Shown here in pieces: positions 30,215 through 40,444 of a stretch of DNA of 64,000 nucleotides (its first letter is position 1; every line of letters begins with the position of its first letter). This DNA comes from an uncultured Latescibacterota bacterium. Its GTDB lineage: Bacteria > Latescibacterota > UBA2968 > UBA8231. A model generated the notes under the pieces. It ran no database searches, was not told the DNA's origin, and worked only from the letters and a program-made list of their open reading frames with translations. The stretch lies in assembly GCA_958295495.1 (NCBI GenBank), contig OY282352.1:3581485-3645484 (forward strand), written 5' to 3'. The translations under genes and the position numbers were made by a program.

Positions 30215-32176
30215 ATGCAAGTTCCAAAAAAGAAGAATCAGGACGCGGCTTCTGCAGCGGGCGTTACGGTGCGCTCTCTGCTGGTCGGGTCTCTGATGAC
30301 TCTGGGTATCAGCACCATAGCACCCTACAGCAACATGATCCTGCGCGGCTCGAATTTTGCCCTCGATTTCAGTACGGCCGGTGCTATTTTTTTATTTTTT
30401 CTCTTTGTGTTCTTTATTCAAACCGGGCTCAAGGCCCTGCATCCCCGCTTGAGCCTGCGGCGTCAGGAACTGGTGGTCATCTATATCATGGCCATCGTGG
30501 GCTGCGCCATCCCCAGTATGGGGCTCACCGAATACCTCTTGCCCATCACTAGCGGCGTGCTCTACTACGCCACTCCAGAAAACGAGTGGGCGGAGCTGAT
30601 TCATCCTTTTGTTCGCCCTTGGCTCGTACCGCAAGACTACGATGCAGCCCGGTATTTCTACGAAGGTCTGCCCGAGGGGATGCCCATACCGTGGTCCGCT
30701 TGGTTGGTGCCTCTGTTGGCTTGGATCCCCCTCATTCTGTGCGTGTATGTGGCCATGATTTGCATTGCGGTCATCTTGCGGCGTCCTTGGATCCAGGACG
30801 AACGCCTGAATTTTCCGCTCATTCAGGTGCCCATCGCCATGATTGCCGAGGGCGGGCCAACGGACCGACTCAGTCCCTTTTTTAAGAATCCGATCATGTG
30901 GGCCGGCTTTGCCATTCCCTTCTTCATCGGCTCCATCCGCGCCCTGCACAACTACTACGATTTTGTCCCTGACATCGTTCTGGTCACCAGCATCCCGCTT
31001 TTCCGCAATACCACCAACCTACAGATCGCCCTGAGCTTCCCCATGGTGGGTTTCGCCTTTCTGGTCAATCTCGATATCGCTTTTAGTATCTGGTTTTTTA
31101 ACTTAGTCGGCCGCGTCCAAGAAGGGACCCTTGGCATTCTGGGTGTGGCGAGTACGGAAAAGCTCAATTTCGCCACCATCCCGATCTTCGCCCACCAAGG
31201 CATGGGTGCCATGATCGTGCTGGTATTCTTCAGCCTGTGGATGGCCCGCCGGCATCTGGTGCGGGTTTTTCGCAAGGCGTTTACAGGGCTCCCGGATGTC
31301 GATGATTCGGACGAGATGCTCTCCTACCGGACCGCTGTTTTCGGCCTTATAGGCACGAGTCTTTTTATCGGGGTTTGGCTGGCACTGGCGGGTTTGGCGT
31401 GGTGGGTGGTGCCCATCTATTTGTTCGCCATGTTCACGCTGTTCGTCGGCATTACCCGGGTTGTGGCCGAAGGCGGTATTGCCGCCACCCGGGCGCCGCT
31501 GATCGCCGCGGATTTTGTCACCTCGGGTCTGGGCTCTGCAGTGCTCGGAGGCCAGACCCTCACAACGCTAAGTTTCACCTATGTTTGGGCCGCTGACATC
31601 CGCACCTTTGTCCTAGCCTCCTGCGCCAATGGCCTCAAATTGGCCGAAGAGTATTTGCGCGGGAGCAAACGGGCACTTTTTGCCGCTATCATGCTGGCCA
31701 TCTGCATTAGTCTGGGGGCTTCGATCTGGATCGTACTCTATCTGAGCTATACCTACGGAGGTGTTAATCTAGAGCCTTGGTTTTTCATCAGCGGCCCCCA
31801 AGTGCCCTTCAAATTTGTGGCGCACGAGCTCCATAGGCTAGACGGTCCCGATCTGGTAGGCTGGATCTCAACCCTAGTCGGCGGCGGGGTCATGGCCCTG
31901 TTGATGATTGCGCGTCAGCACCTGTTCTGGTGGCCCCTGCACCCTCTTGGGTATGCCGTCAGCGCCAGCACCTACCTGACCAACTACATTTCTTTCAGTG
32001 TCTTTTTGGCTTGGCTAATCAAAGCCATCATTCTCAAGTACGGAGGCCCGGCCTATTTTCGGCAGGCCTGTCCTTTTTTTTTGGGATTGATTCTGGGCCA
32101 ATTTTCCGTGGCCGGGGCGTGGCTGGTTATCGACTACTTTACGGGCATGACCGGCAATTCCATTTACTGGGTCTAG
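30215..32176 (+). CDS. DUF6785/DUF6784-like polytopic membrane protein (putative peptide transporter)
   Basis: ELVVIY, W..PLLAW, ERLNFPLIQVP, WWPLHPLGY, ILKYGG..PFFLGLILG; many TM helices. Confidence 0.75.
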   Translation: MQVPKKKNQDAASAAGVTVRSLLVGSLMTLGISTIAPYSNMILRGSNFALDFSTAGAIFLFFLFVFFIQTGLKALHPRLSLRRQELVVIYIMAIVGCAIPSMGLTEYLLPITSGVLYYATPENEWAELIHPFVRPWLVPQDYDAARYFYEGLPEGMPIPWSAWLVPLLAWIPLILCVYVAMICIAVILRRPWIQDERLNFPLIQVPIAMIAEGGPTDRLSPFFKNPIMWAGFAIPFFIGSIRALHNYYDFVPDIVLVTSIPLFRNTTNLQIALSFPMVGFAFLVNLDIAFSIWFFNLVGRVQEGTLGILGVASTEKLNFATIPIFAHQGMGAMIVLVFFSLWMARRHLVRVFRKAFTGLPDVDDSDEMLSYRTAVFGLIGTSLFIGVWLALAGLAWWVVPIYLFAMFTLFVGITRVVAEGGIAATRAPLIAADFVTSGLGSAVLGGQTLTTLSFTYVWAADIRTFVLASCANGLKLAEEYLRGSKRALFAAIMLAICISLGASIWIVLYLSYTYGGVNLEPWFFISGPQVPFKFVAHELHRLDGPDLVGWISTLVGGGVMALLMIARQHLFWWPLHPLGYAVSASTYLTNYISFSVFLAWLIKAIILKYGGPAYFRQACPFFLGLILGQFSVAGAWLVIDYFTGMTGNSIYWV

Positions 32177-32182
32177 ACTCCC

Positions 32183-32908
32183 TCAGCCTTCGTCGTATCC
32201 CTTTACGGGCCGCGCCCAGATATTGCGATAGCGCACGAGGTCGCCGTGGTCTTGCAAGCGGAGCGGGCCGGTGGGGGGATGCGCTTCGTAGCGATAGACG
32301 CCGCGATGGCCTGTGGGGCCTAAGACCTCGACGTGGTGGTGGACTAAGACGCCGTTGTGGGCCAAAGTGAGATAGGCCGGGCTGACTAGTTCAGTGCCAT
32401 TGAAGCGCGGGGCCTTCCAGAATATGTCGTAGGTCTGCCATTCGCCGGGCGGGCGGCAGGCGTTGACTAGCGGCGGGTACTCGCCATAGACGGCGGCCGT
32501 GGTGCCGTCGGCATACGTGGGGTTGTCGTATCCGTCGAGGACTTGGATCTCGTATAGGCTCATGAGAAAGACGCCGCTGTTGCCGCGCCCTTGGCTCTCG
32601 CCTTTGATCTCGCTGGGGCAGGCGAATTCGAGGTGGTACTGGACATCGCCAAAGCGCGCCGTGCTCACGATGTCGCCGGAACGGGGCGCGACCTCCATGT
32701 ATCCGTCGGCCACCTGCCAAGGGGCGTCGCCGCCGTTTGCGCTCTGCCAGCTGTCGAGGCTAGTCCCGTCGAAAAGGACGACCGCGTCTGAGGGGGGGCT
32801 GTTGTGGCTGCCGGGGGTCACAACCGCCGGAGCGGGCCGCTGGTGATCGTGGACGCAATAGGAAGAATTGGGTAGTAGAGGGGTATCGTCGTAGCCTGAT
32901 TTGCCCAT
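32183..32908 (-). CDS. DUF1080 / 3-keto-disaccharide hydrolase family protein
   Basis: PPSDAVVLFDG, GRGNSGVFL, YEIQVLD, PGEWQTYDI, LQDHG..YRNIW. Confidence 0.88.
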   Translation of the reverse strand: MGKSGYDDTPLLPNSSYCVHDHQRPAPAVVTPGSHNSPPSDAVVLFDGTSLDSWQSANGGDAPWQVADGYMEVAPRSGDIVSTARFGDVQYHLEFACPSEIKGESQGRGNSGVFLMSLYEIQVLDGYDNPTYADGTTAAVYGEYPPLVNACRPPGEWQTYDIFWKAPRFNGTELVSPAYLTLAHNGVLVHHHVEVLGPTGHRGVYRYEAHPPTGPLRLQDHGDLVRYRNIWARPVKGYDEG

Positions 32909-33002
32909 TTGGAAAAGCTCCTTGTTGGGGTGAGATAGGTTGGGATATAAAGGGAGTAGGACGCGCTCGCGTCAATGGCCCGCTCTTGAGCACCACATTA
33001 TA

Positions 33003-33017
33003 TTGAATGCCATTCAA
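33003..33017. promoter_or_regulatory. Perfect inverted repeat TTGAATG-C-CATTCAA, candidate operator in a divergent intergenic region
   Basis: Palindrome 12 bp upstream of ATG 33030. Confidence 0.4.
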
Positions 33018-33029
33018 CGGGAAGGCGCG

Positions 33030-35024
33030 ATGGTACGCACACCGATGTACAGAGTTGCTCTGATCGCGCTGGCGCTATGCTCCTCGGCGGAAGCGCAAAT
33101 ATCGCTGTGGCAAATCGGCGGGGCCGGGCTGGCGTGGGACGGAAGCGACACCACGCGGATCATCATGGACATCAACGCCGATCGCATCCGGCCCGTGTAC
33201 TTTGCCGATGGCGACAACATGTTCCTGTCGGTAGCGGGTTGGTCCGAGCTGATCGCCCCGCGCGAGTTGGGGTACCTCGACGGGCATCAGCCGCGGCTGT
33301 GGTATGGCGACGGCACGAATGTCAACCAGACCTCGTACTACGACAGCCCGCTCTACGTGGATGGAAAGCGGAGCACGTACAACACGGCCCGCGACGGCTG
33401 GTGGACCATCGACATCGGCGTACCTGTGCCGGCCACGCGCTTTGGGTTTGCCACGCCGACTGAGGGAATCCGCTCCGACGGCGTGCCGCTCAACCAAGAC
33501 CCGGTGCCGGCTTTTGAGGTGAGCATTGCCGCCGAGGCGAGCGACATCCTCGCGCAAAAGGGCTATCGCCGCTTGAACACCCTCATCGCCGATGTGCCAG
33601 TCAACTTCGCCCCAGAGGTCGAGATCGAGTTCCCCCAGCAATACGTGCGCTTTGTGCGCTACCAGCGCAAAGCATCCGCGCTCGACGAGCAGCGCACCAC
33701 CGACAGCAACACAGTGCGCGGCACTATCGCCGAGTTTGTGCTCACCGGTCGCGGCGTACCCAAGCGGGCCATCTATCGCAGCAAAATCCTCGACTTGGGG
33801 GCCGAGGTGAACTTTGGCCGCTTGGCGTGGGCAGCGCGCACCATGCGGATGGTCGGCGCAGAGGCCGTAGCCGCACCAGATGCCGAGGCGTGGGTGGAGG
33901 TGGAGGTGCGAACCGGCCGCGACGGCGATCCCAACATCTACCGAGAATACACGGACTCGGGCCGGGAATTTGCGGTGACGCGCCAGCGCTACGAAGGCCA
34001 ATTGCGCCTGCCCGAGACCGAGGGAATCCTGCAAATCGACCGCCAGCCCGGCATCCGCGCCTCCATTGGCTACGACAGCGAGAATTGGTCTTTTTGGTCC
34101 AGCCCCATCGCGGCCTCCGGCGCGCAGCTCGACCTGCGCAACGGCTCGCATTTGCAGGTCCAAATCACCCTGCAAAGCCGGGCTTTCAGCACTTGGGTCG
34201 CGCTCGACTCGCTATGGATTGAGACCTCGCCGCCGCTGGCCAATCAGGTCGTGGGCGAGGTCGCACGCGCAGCCGACATGCAGCCTGCCCCGGGTTTTGT
34301 CCAAGTTGATTTGGGGGCGCGGGAAACGTTTGTGTACGACGTGCGCGCCTCGTTTGCCAACGCCGCCGAGGGGGGCTTTGACCGGGTGCGGATCCACACG
34401 GGTATTGCGCCCGAGTTTGCGCGCTTGGAAATGGGCCAGCCGCTCGCGGCTGTCGAGCCGCTGGCCGTGGTCGAAGGCCGCGAGAGCTTGGAGGTGCTCC
34501 TGCCGCGCAAGGTGACCGCCGAGTCCAACGAGCCGCTGCGGGTGGTCTTTGCTGCGGAGGTCTTTGCGCGCGCGACGACCTTTACCGGCGAGGTGTTGAC
34601 CGAGGACGAGAGCCTGCTGCCGCAGCCGATTGAGCCGGGCGACGCCAGCGCAACCGTCTCCACCAATAGCCTGCGAGTGCTCGGGGCCGCGGACCCGGCC
34701 GCGGAGATCGTCCAGCGCGTGCGCTTGTCGAGCGGGGCCGTCACGCCCAATGGCGACGGAGTGAACGACCGCTTAGCTATAGAGTATGCGCTCTTCCTCC
34801 TGCCCGCGCCCGTGCCGGTGGTGCTCGATGTGTACGACTTAGCGGGTCGCCGCCGCGCCCGCGTGGAGGTCGGCGCACAGGGCACCGGCCCGCAGCGGGC
34901 CTTTTGGGATGGCCGCGACGCCCAAGGTGCGCTCCTGCCCCCGGGCTTGTACGTATTGGACTTGGCGCTGGTGACCGAGGCCAAGCGCGGGCGGGCACTG
35001 CGGCACGTCGGTTTGGTCTATTGA
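33030..35024 (+). CDS. Secreted protein with discoidin-like region and C-terminal FlgD/type B CTD-like domain
   Basis: Signal peptide (AEA-Q); VTPNGDGVND..VYDLAGR..WDGRD..PPGLY..LVY. Confidence 0.75.
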   Translation: MVRTPMYRVALIALALCSSAEAQISLWQIGGAGLAWDGSDTTRIIMDINADRIRPVYFADGDNMFLSVAGWSELIAPRELGYLDGHQPRLWYGDGTNVNQTSYYDSPLYVDGKRSTYNTARDGWWTIDIGVPVPATRFGFATPTEGIRSDGVPLNQDPVPAFEVSIAAEASDILAQKGYRRLNTLIADVPVNFAPEVEIEFPQQYVRFVRYQRKASALDEQRTTDSNTVRGTIAEFVLTGRGVPKRAIYRSKILDLGAEVNFGRLAWAARTMRMVGAEAVAAPDAEAWVEVEVRTGRDGDPNIYREYTDSGREFAVTRQRYEGQLRLPETEGILQIDRQPGIRASIGYDSENWSFWSSPIAASGAQLDLRNGSHLQVQITLQSRAFSTWVALDSLWIETSPPLANQVVGEVARAADMQPAPGFVQVDLGARETFVYDVRASFANAAEGGFDRVRIHTGIAPEFARLEMGQPLAAVEPLAVVEGRESLEVLLPRKVTAESNEPLRVVFAAEVFARATTFTGEVLTEDESLLPQPIEPGDASATVSTNSLRVLGAADPAAEIVQRVRLSSGAVTPNGDGVNDRLAIEYALFLLPAPVPVVLDVYDLAGRRRARVEVGAQGTGPQRAFWDGRDAQGALLPPGLYVLDLALVTEAKRGRALRHVGLVY

Positions 35025-35035
35025 GAGAGCAACGC

Positions 35036-37369
35036 ATGGCGATCTTGTTCTTGTGCGCTGGTCTCGGCCTGTGGGCCGGCCCCCTCGCCGCCGAGGTCTT
35101 TACCTTTGACAGCGCCGAAAAGTGGCAGACTTGGCAACTGGGGCTAGTGCAGTTTGGCGCGTCCGGGCACCTAGAACTGGTCAAGTTCCGCAAGGACATC
35201 GACCCAGTGCGCGATGCGGGCGACTTTTTCCACGATACGATGGAGCGAGAAGCCGTGCAGGGCGGCATCTTTCGGGCCGGGTCCAATCCGGGCGACGCCT
35301 TCAAGATCATCGACGGCAACGCCAATACCTTCTGGCAGCCCGACCCGGCCGATCCGCTGGCCAAATGGGAAGTCGAGATTGACCTCGGCCGGGCGGTGTT
35401 GGCCCAAGAGTTGCGCTTGCACTTCCCCGACCAAGAGGGCGCACGCCCCTTGCGGCAGTTTACGGTCTATGTGGCCACCGGGGCGACGATCGACCCCCGC
35501 AAGGACCTCTTCCGCTTCGAGTCGGTGTATCAGACGACCTTGCCCAACCAAGAGACCCAGCTCCGCATCGGGCTGAGCGGGCGCAACGACACCACGCGGG
35601 TCTTAGACCCCGGCCTCGATGTGGTGCTGGAGGACGCGGCGCGTTTCCGGGTCATCCAGTACATTCGCATCGGCGTCGATGAGCAGAACGCGGACGCAGC
35701 CCTCGCCGAGGTCGAGGTGCGCGCTGTTGGCGACAACCTCAGCCTCGGTGTCCTAGAGCGCGGCGGGGCCTTCGCCACCGGCTTGGTAGTCCGCGACGTG
35801 GTGGGCTTGGTTGACGGCGACATGAATACCTATGCCAACAAGTTCACTACCTATCGAGCCACCTCTGGCTGGCGCAACGAAGGGCTGTGGTGGGAGCTAG
35901 ATCTAGGGGCCCAGTTCTGGATCGACGAGATCTTCCTCTACTTCAACGACCGGGGCGAGGGGGCTTCCGGCTCTTCGGTGCGCAACGGGGGCACGGGATT
36001 CGCCTTTTTGGTCTCGGACGGTCGGCGCACGACCTCGGGCGAGGTGGACTACGATCGACTGGTCGGCCACGGCAACGAGCAGGACCCCGCTGCCACTCCA
36101 GAGCGGCACTATCGCTACCTGTTTGAGCCGCGCAAAGTGCGCTACCTATTCTGGCACGGCTTTCTCACCGCGCAAGAGTGGCACGCGCGCACGGCCGAGT
36201 TGATGCTTTTTTCGCCCGGCTACCCCGCCCAAGTAGTGCTGCGTTCGGGCTTTATCGACTTGGGCCAGATCGTCGGCGACGGCCGCCCCAAGGCCATCAA
36301 GCACCTGTCGTGGGATGCGGATTTGCCGGTGGGAACGCGGATGCAGCTGCGTTCTCGCTCGGGCGTGGTGCTCAGCGAGGAGTACGCGTTTTACAACAAG
36401 ATCGGCGAAGAGGTCACCGAAGAGAAGTGGCTCAGCTCGCCGAAGGTGCTGCGCGGTCGGGTGGATACCGCGCTGGTCGTAGGCGAAGATTGGGGCGAGT
36501 GGAGCAATGTTTATCAGCTTTCGGGCGAAGCCTTCCAGTCGGATAACCCGCGCCGCTTCGTCCAGCTAGAGGTCCTGCTTTCGACCGAGGATCCGCGGGT
36601 CGCGCCCGCGTTGCGCTCGCTGTCGATTGAGTTTGAGGACGCCTTGGTGACCGAGGCCAAAGGGCAGATCTGGCCGCGCCAAGCCCAGCCTAACGAGGAC
36701 ACGCGCTTTACCTATACGCTGTGGCCGGCAGTTGCCGGAGACGACCGGGGCTTCGACCGGCTGCGGCTCATCGCCCCCGGCGGCTGGCTGGAAGCCGGAG
36801 AGGTGGAGGTGAACCTCGCCGGCGAGGCCATTTCCCCAGAGGAGGTCGCGCTGCGGGGCGACTCCCTATTCGTGACCTTGGGCCAGCGCGTTGGCGGCGA
36901 CTCGCTGGAAGTCCACTTTACTGCGCGTTTGTGGCGCAATGCCACGGTCTTCAGCGCGGAGCTTGGCCACGGAGACCGGCCGGGCCTTTGGCAGTCCGTG
37001 GAGGCCGCTTTCCGGCGCGCCAACGTGGTGCTTCTGCCGGCCCTGACCGGTAGCGACCAACTCATCGGCGACTTGGAGGTGTCTCCCGTCGCCTTCACGC
37101 CCAACGGCGACGGCATCAACGATCAACTGCATATCCGGTTCGTGGTTTTTAAGGTCGAGGAAGCCATGCCGCAAGTGCGTATCCTCGACTTGGCGGGGCG
37201 GGTGGTGGCCGAGTTGGCCGGAATGAGCGGGGACTTTGCCTCCTACACGTGGTCCGGGCGCGATGCCCAAGGAGTGCCGGTGCCCCCGGGGCTGTATTTG
37301 TGTCACGTCGATCTCGGTGCCGCAGCCGGCGAGGACGTGGCTGTGCGCTCCGTCGCGGTCATCTACTAA
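35036..37369 (+). CDS. Secreted protein with two discoidin/F5-8C-like domains and C-terminal FlgD/type B CTD-like domain
   Basis: IIDGNANTFW..EIDLG; LVDGD..WELDLG; FTPNGDGIND..ILDLAGR..WSGRD..PPGLY..VIY. Confidence 0.78.
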   Translation: MAILFLCAGLGLWAGPLAAEVFTFDSAEKWQTWQLGLVQFGASGHLELVKFRKDIDPVRDAGDFFHDTMEREAVQGGIFRAGSNPGDAFKIIDGNANTFWQPDPADPLAKWEVEIDLGRAVLAQELRLHFPDQEGARPLRQFTVYVATGATIDPRKDLFRFESVYQTTLPNQETQLRIGLSGRNDTTRVLDPGLDVVLEDAARFRVIQYIRIGVDEQNADAALAEVEVRAVGDNLSLGVLERGGAFATGLVVRDVVGLVDGDMNTYANKFTTYRATSGWRNEGLWWELDLGAQFWIDEIFLYFNDRGEGASGSSVRNGGTGFAFLVSDGRRTTSGEVDYDRLVGHGNEQDPAATPERHYRYLFEPRKVRYLFWHGFLTAQEWHARTAELMLFSPGYPAQVVLRSGFIDLGQIVGDGRPKAIKHLSWDADLPVGTRMQLRSRSGVVLSEEYAFYNKIGEEVTEEKWLSSPKVLRGRVDTALVVGEDWGEWSNVYQLSGEAFQSDNPRRFVQLEVLLSTEDPRVAPALRSLSIEFEDALVTEAKGQIWPRQAQPNEDTRFTYTLWPAVAGDDRGFDRLRLIAPGGWLEAGEVEVNLAGEAISPEEVALRGDSLFVTLGQRVGGDSLEVHFTARLWRNATVFSAELGHGDRPGLWQSVEAAFRRANVVLLPALTGSDQLIGDLEVSPVAFTPNGDGINDQLHIRFVVFKVEEAMPQVRILDLAGRVVAELAGMSGDFASYTWSGRDAQGVPVPPGLYLCHVDLGAAAGEDVAVRSVAVIY

Positions 37370-37388
37370 TTCTTGCCCAAGAAGTTCC

Positions 37389-37421
37389 ATGCCCCGTCCC
37401 AATATCCTCTTCATTATGACG
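37389..37421 (+). pseudogene. Sulfatase N-terminal stub
   Basis: MPRPNILFIMT just downstream of the 37369 stop, then unrelated sequence. Confidence 0.5.
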
Positions 37422-37624
37422 ACTCCTACCAGAATCGGGCGGCAGGAGCTAAGGCCGCCAAAACGCGGATTGACCGCGCTGTACTACCGCTACTAGATGC
37501 ACTTGGCGCATCATCCGCGCCCGCTACCGAAATAGTTGGGATGCTCCAGAACCCATCGCATGTGGTTTTGCCCATTCTTGAGCACTAAGCGAGCTCACAA
37601 ACGCACAAGTGAAAAGTCCGCTGC

Positions 37625-38632
37625 TCACAAACGCATTCCCTGCTCTTTGAACCAATCGAAGGCGTCGCGGATCGACTCTTCAAGTGGCCGAGATTCGTAG
37701 CCCAATAGTTCCCTTGCTGAGGATTCATCAACGGACACCGGGCAGTCGCGCAAGAGTTTGAGCCAGTTGCGGGAGTAAAGAGGCGATGGGTTGCGCCGCG
37801 CGGCATATTTAATCAGGGGCAAACCTGCCCGAGCCAGAGAATAGGGTATGACAGGGCACGTCGCCTTATGCCCTAAGATCCGGGAACACATACGCGCCAG
37901 TGCAGCGGTCTTTGCGTATCGCCCCGCAGTAAAATGGACCTCGCCTCCGTATTCGTTGGTCCCCACCGCATTCGCTACGGCATGCGCCACGTCGCACACG
38001 TCGCTCCACCAAAATCCCCCGTTGACCAGACACGGAAGCCGCTTGTGCGCTATGGCGAGCAACATGCTGCCGACGAGGGTCGCCTCGCTGTCGCCGGGAC
38101 CTATGAGGGCCGAAGGACAGACGATAGATGCATTGAGCCAACCACCTCTCGTCGCGTCAAGCACACTTGTATGCGCTTCGGCTTTTGTGGCCTTGTAGGG
38201 AATTTTGGAATGCTGATCCAGTTTTGAACTGACACTTAGAGTCGTTCCACGCAGCGGGCTAAATGCGTGGATGGAACTGATATATACCAGTTTGCGGACG
38301 CCGTTGCCGATACATGCTTGAATCACATTGCGGGTGCCCGTCAGGTTGACTGCATCCGCCAAACCTGTGGGATCAGCGTCGATTGTCACAACCTCGGCAC
38401 TGTGGACGACGGCGTGAGCATTTTGGAGTGCTTGATTCAACGACTCAGGATTGCGGACATCGGCAGTCCGCAATTCAATCTGTTCGCTCAGGTCCTCGGG
38501 AAGTTTGCGATTGCGGCCCTCGCACGTAACAGCGCACACCGCATACCCGCAGCGCAACAAGGCGCGGCATATATGGCTGCCGAGAAAGTCCGCAGCACCG
38601 GTCACCGCCACTGTGCTATCTGTGTCTCCCAT
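37625..38632 (-). CDS. NAD-dependent epimerase/dehydratase (dihydroflavonol reductase/HpnA-like)
   Basis: VAVTGAADFLG (deviant Gly motif), VNLTGTRNV, YKATK (YxxxK), DVCDVA. Confidence 0.8.
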   Translation of the reverse strand: MGDTDSTVAVTGAADFLGSHICRALLRCGYAVCAVTCEGRNRKLPEDLSEQIELRTADVRNPESLNQALQNAHAVVHSAEVVTIDADPTGLADAVNLTGTRNVIQACIGNGVRKLVYISSIHAFSPLRGTTLSVSSKLDQHSKIPYKATKAEAHTSVLDATRGGWLNASIVCPSALIGPGDSEATLVGSMLLAIAHKRLPCLVNGGFWWSDVCDVAHAVANAVGTNEYGGEVHFTAGRYAKTAALARMCSRILGHKATCPVIPYSLARAGLPLIKYAARRNPSPLYSRNWLKLLRDCPVSVDESSARELLGYESRPLEESIRDAFDWFKEQGMRL

Positions 38633-38652
38633 GATCGCTATTCGGCCTTTCC

Positions 38653-40026
38653 CTACGACCAATTCTTTGGCCAGGAAAAATGTGCGTTGATATCTTCCAC
38701 GTACTTCATCGGTGCATTGGGCTCGATATTAAACAGCGCGTCCAGCGTCTCCAATCCATGCTGATAAGATTTTGTCTCTTTGCTTTCGAGTACGCCAAAT
38801 AGCATCATCGATTTATCGCCGGACAAGACCGCTTCGAGGGTGCGCTCCATGTCGAGCCAATCGGGATAGATGCATTCCAGCATAATTTTCTTAGGCAATG
38901 GCGGTACGCGCAAAGGCTGAATGCCCTTCTTATTGACAATCGCGGGAACTTCCACTGCCACGTCGTCGGGAATGCCCGGCAGGGCACCGCAATTGGGCAC
39001 ATTCACCTGAAACTGGCCTTCCACGTTGTTGACCAGTCCGTTCATAATGGGAATATGCTGCTCGGGCGTCATCTGATCGCCAAACAGATCAATCGGGCGG
39101 ATTTTCTCGTCATAGGCCGCCGCCTTCATCTGCTCGTATTTTTTTGCCTTGCCCGCTAGTACCGCATCGCGGCCGGCTGGCGTGTCTTTGCCGCCATTGG
39201 GGTCATACCAGTATTGCCGCGCCTCCAAATCCGTGTGATACCACCAGCCGCCGCGCCGAGGCGTATCGCCAATGGGCATCAGGCCATACATCTTGTATTG
39301 ATGAATCGCCGCACGCGACATCTGCGTGGGGATTGCCTTGCCGGCGCGGATCATCCTCTCCCAATACGCCTCGCTCTCCTCGGCAATCCACTGATCTAGC
39401 CTTGGATACATGTCTTCGTTTTCATAGATGAAATCCGTCAGCCAGATATTGTGATTCAACCCCGGCGCCTGCCAAGTCACCGCAGCGGGATTTAATTTTA
39501 GTGTGTGCGCCACACCTGCGTAGCCGTAATGCCCGTGACACAACCCACACACCTTAATCCCCGTCTCCCGCGTCATCAATGTCGTTCCGGCAAAGACCGG
39601 ATTGCCCGCCAGCAAAATCCACGCAGCGGGACACAGCTTCTCCATGTCCTTTGCCACATTTAGCATCAGTTGCAGATTGTGATATTCGGGCATCCCGGTT
39701 CTGTCGTAAAAATAGCCGAGTTGGGCCGTCATTTTGCGCCGGTGCTGCATGAAGTACTCATTGTGCGTCACCGTTGCCGTATTGATCACAAAATCGGCGT
39801 CTTTTAGCGCAGCTTCCCGATCCGTGGTTTTCGCAAACGTCATATCTGCACCCAAGTCCTCGGCATAGTGCCGCCCGAGTGCGTAAATGACATCGAGCAC
39901 TTCCTCGTTGATGTCCATAAAACAAACGTGGCTGCCGTTCAACTCCTTTGTCAGACACAAATCCTTCACTAGGCCGAGCGAAAACACCACGCTGCCCGCG
40001 CCAAAAATCGTCACCTTATTGTTCAT
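38653..40026 (-). CDS. Glycoside hydrolase family 4 (NAD-dependent alpha-glucosidase/alpha-galactosidase)
   Basis: IFGAGSVVF, ALKDADFVINT, GNP, GLCHG, GLNHNIW, NVPN.G..DDVAVEVPA. Confidence 0.92.
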   Translation of the reverse strand: MNNKVTIFGAGSVVFSLGLVKDLCLTKELNGSHVCFMDINEEVLDVIYALGRHYAEDLGADMTFAKTTDREAALKDADFVINTATVTHNEYFMQHRRKMTAQLGYFYDRTGMPEYHNLQLMLNVAKDMEKLCPAAWILLAGNPVFAGTTLMTRETGIKVCGLCHGHYGYAGVAHTLKLNPAAVTWQAPGLNHNIWLTDFIYENEDMYPRLDQWIAEESEAYWERMIRAGKAIPTQMSRAAIHQYKMYGLMPIGDTPRRGGWWYHTDLEARQYWYDPNGGKDTPAGRDAVLAGKAKKYEQMKAAAYDEKIRPIDLFGDQMTPEQHIPIMNGLVNNVEGQFQVNVPNCGALPGIPDDVAVEVPAIVNKKGIQPLRVPPLPKKIMLECIYPDWLDMERTLEAVLSGDKSMMLFGVLESKETKSYQHGLETLDALFNIEPNAPMKYVEDINAHFSWPKNWS

Positions 40027-40190
40027 TGCACCCTCCTCGATGAAAAATTCCAATAGTGATCTAAAAGGAAAGGAATCATTCTCATTATACGCAAATCCAT
40101 CCTAGGCCTTCACTGGCCTTTCACACAAAATTCGGTAGTAATTCGGTAGTATCAAAAAATTCATCTTGACATCTACACTACAGGATGTCG

Positions 40191-40361
40191 CTGCATATAG
40201 ATCAACGAGGCCACCGACGAAATGGTCGCGCAGACCTTGACCCCCAATAGCCAAGATGACTCAGGGCAGGTGGAACCGCTGCTGGGACACGTCGAAGTGC
40301 CCGTGGACCGGTTGGGCGGCGATGGGGCTAGGACCAACGCAAGGTCTTCGACGCCTTGGCC
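40191..40361 (+). mobile_element. IS5-family (IS903-group-like) transposase fragment
   Basis: LHI..INEATDEMVAQTLT..QDDSGQVEPLL..LGGDGA/DQRKVFDALA with frameshifts, resembling the DGAYD segment. Confidence 0.6.
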
Positions 40362-40444
40362 GCGCCCGAGCGGGGCCGCCCATTTGGCCGATTATTGGTA
40401 CTTAAACCATCGGCGGCAGGGGCCAAAAAGCTCGGCCGGTTTTC

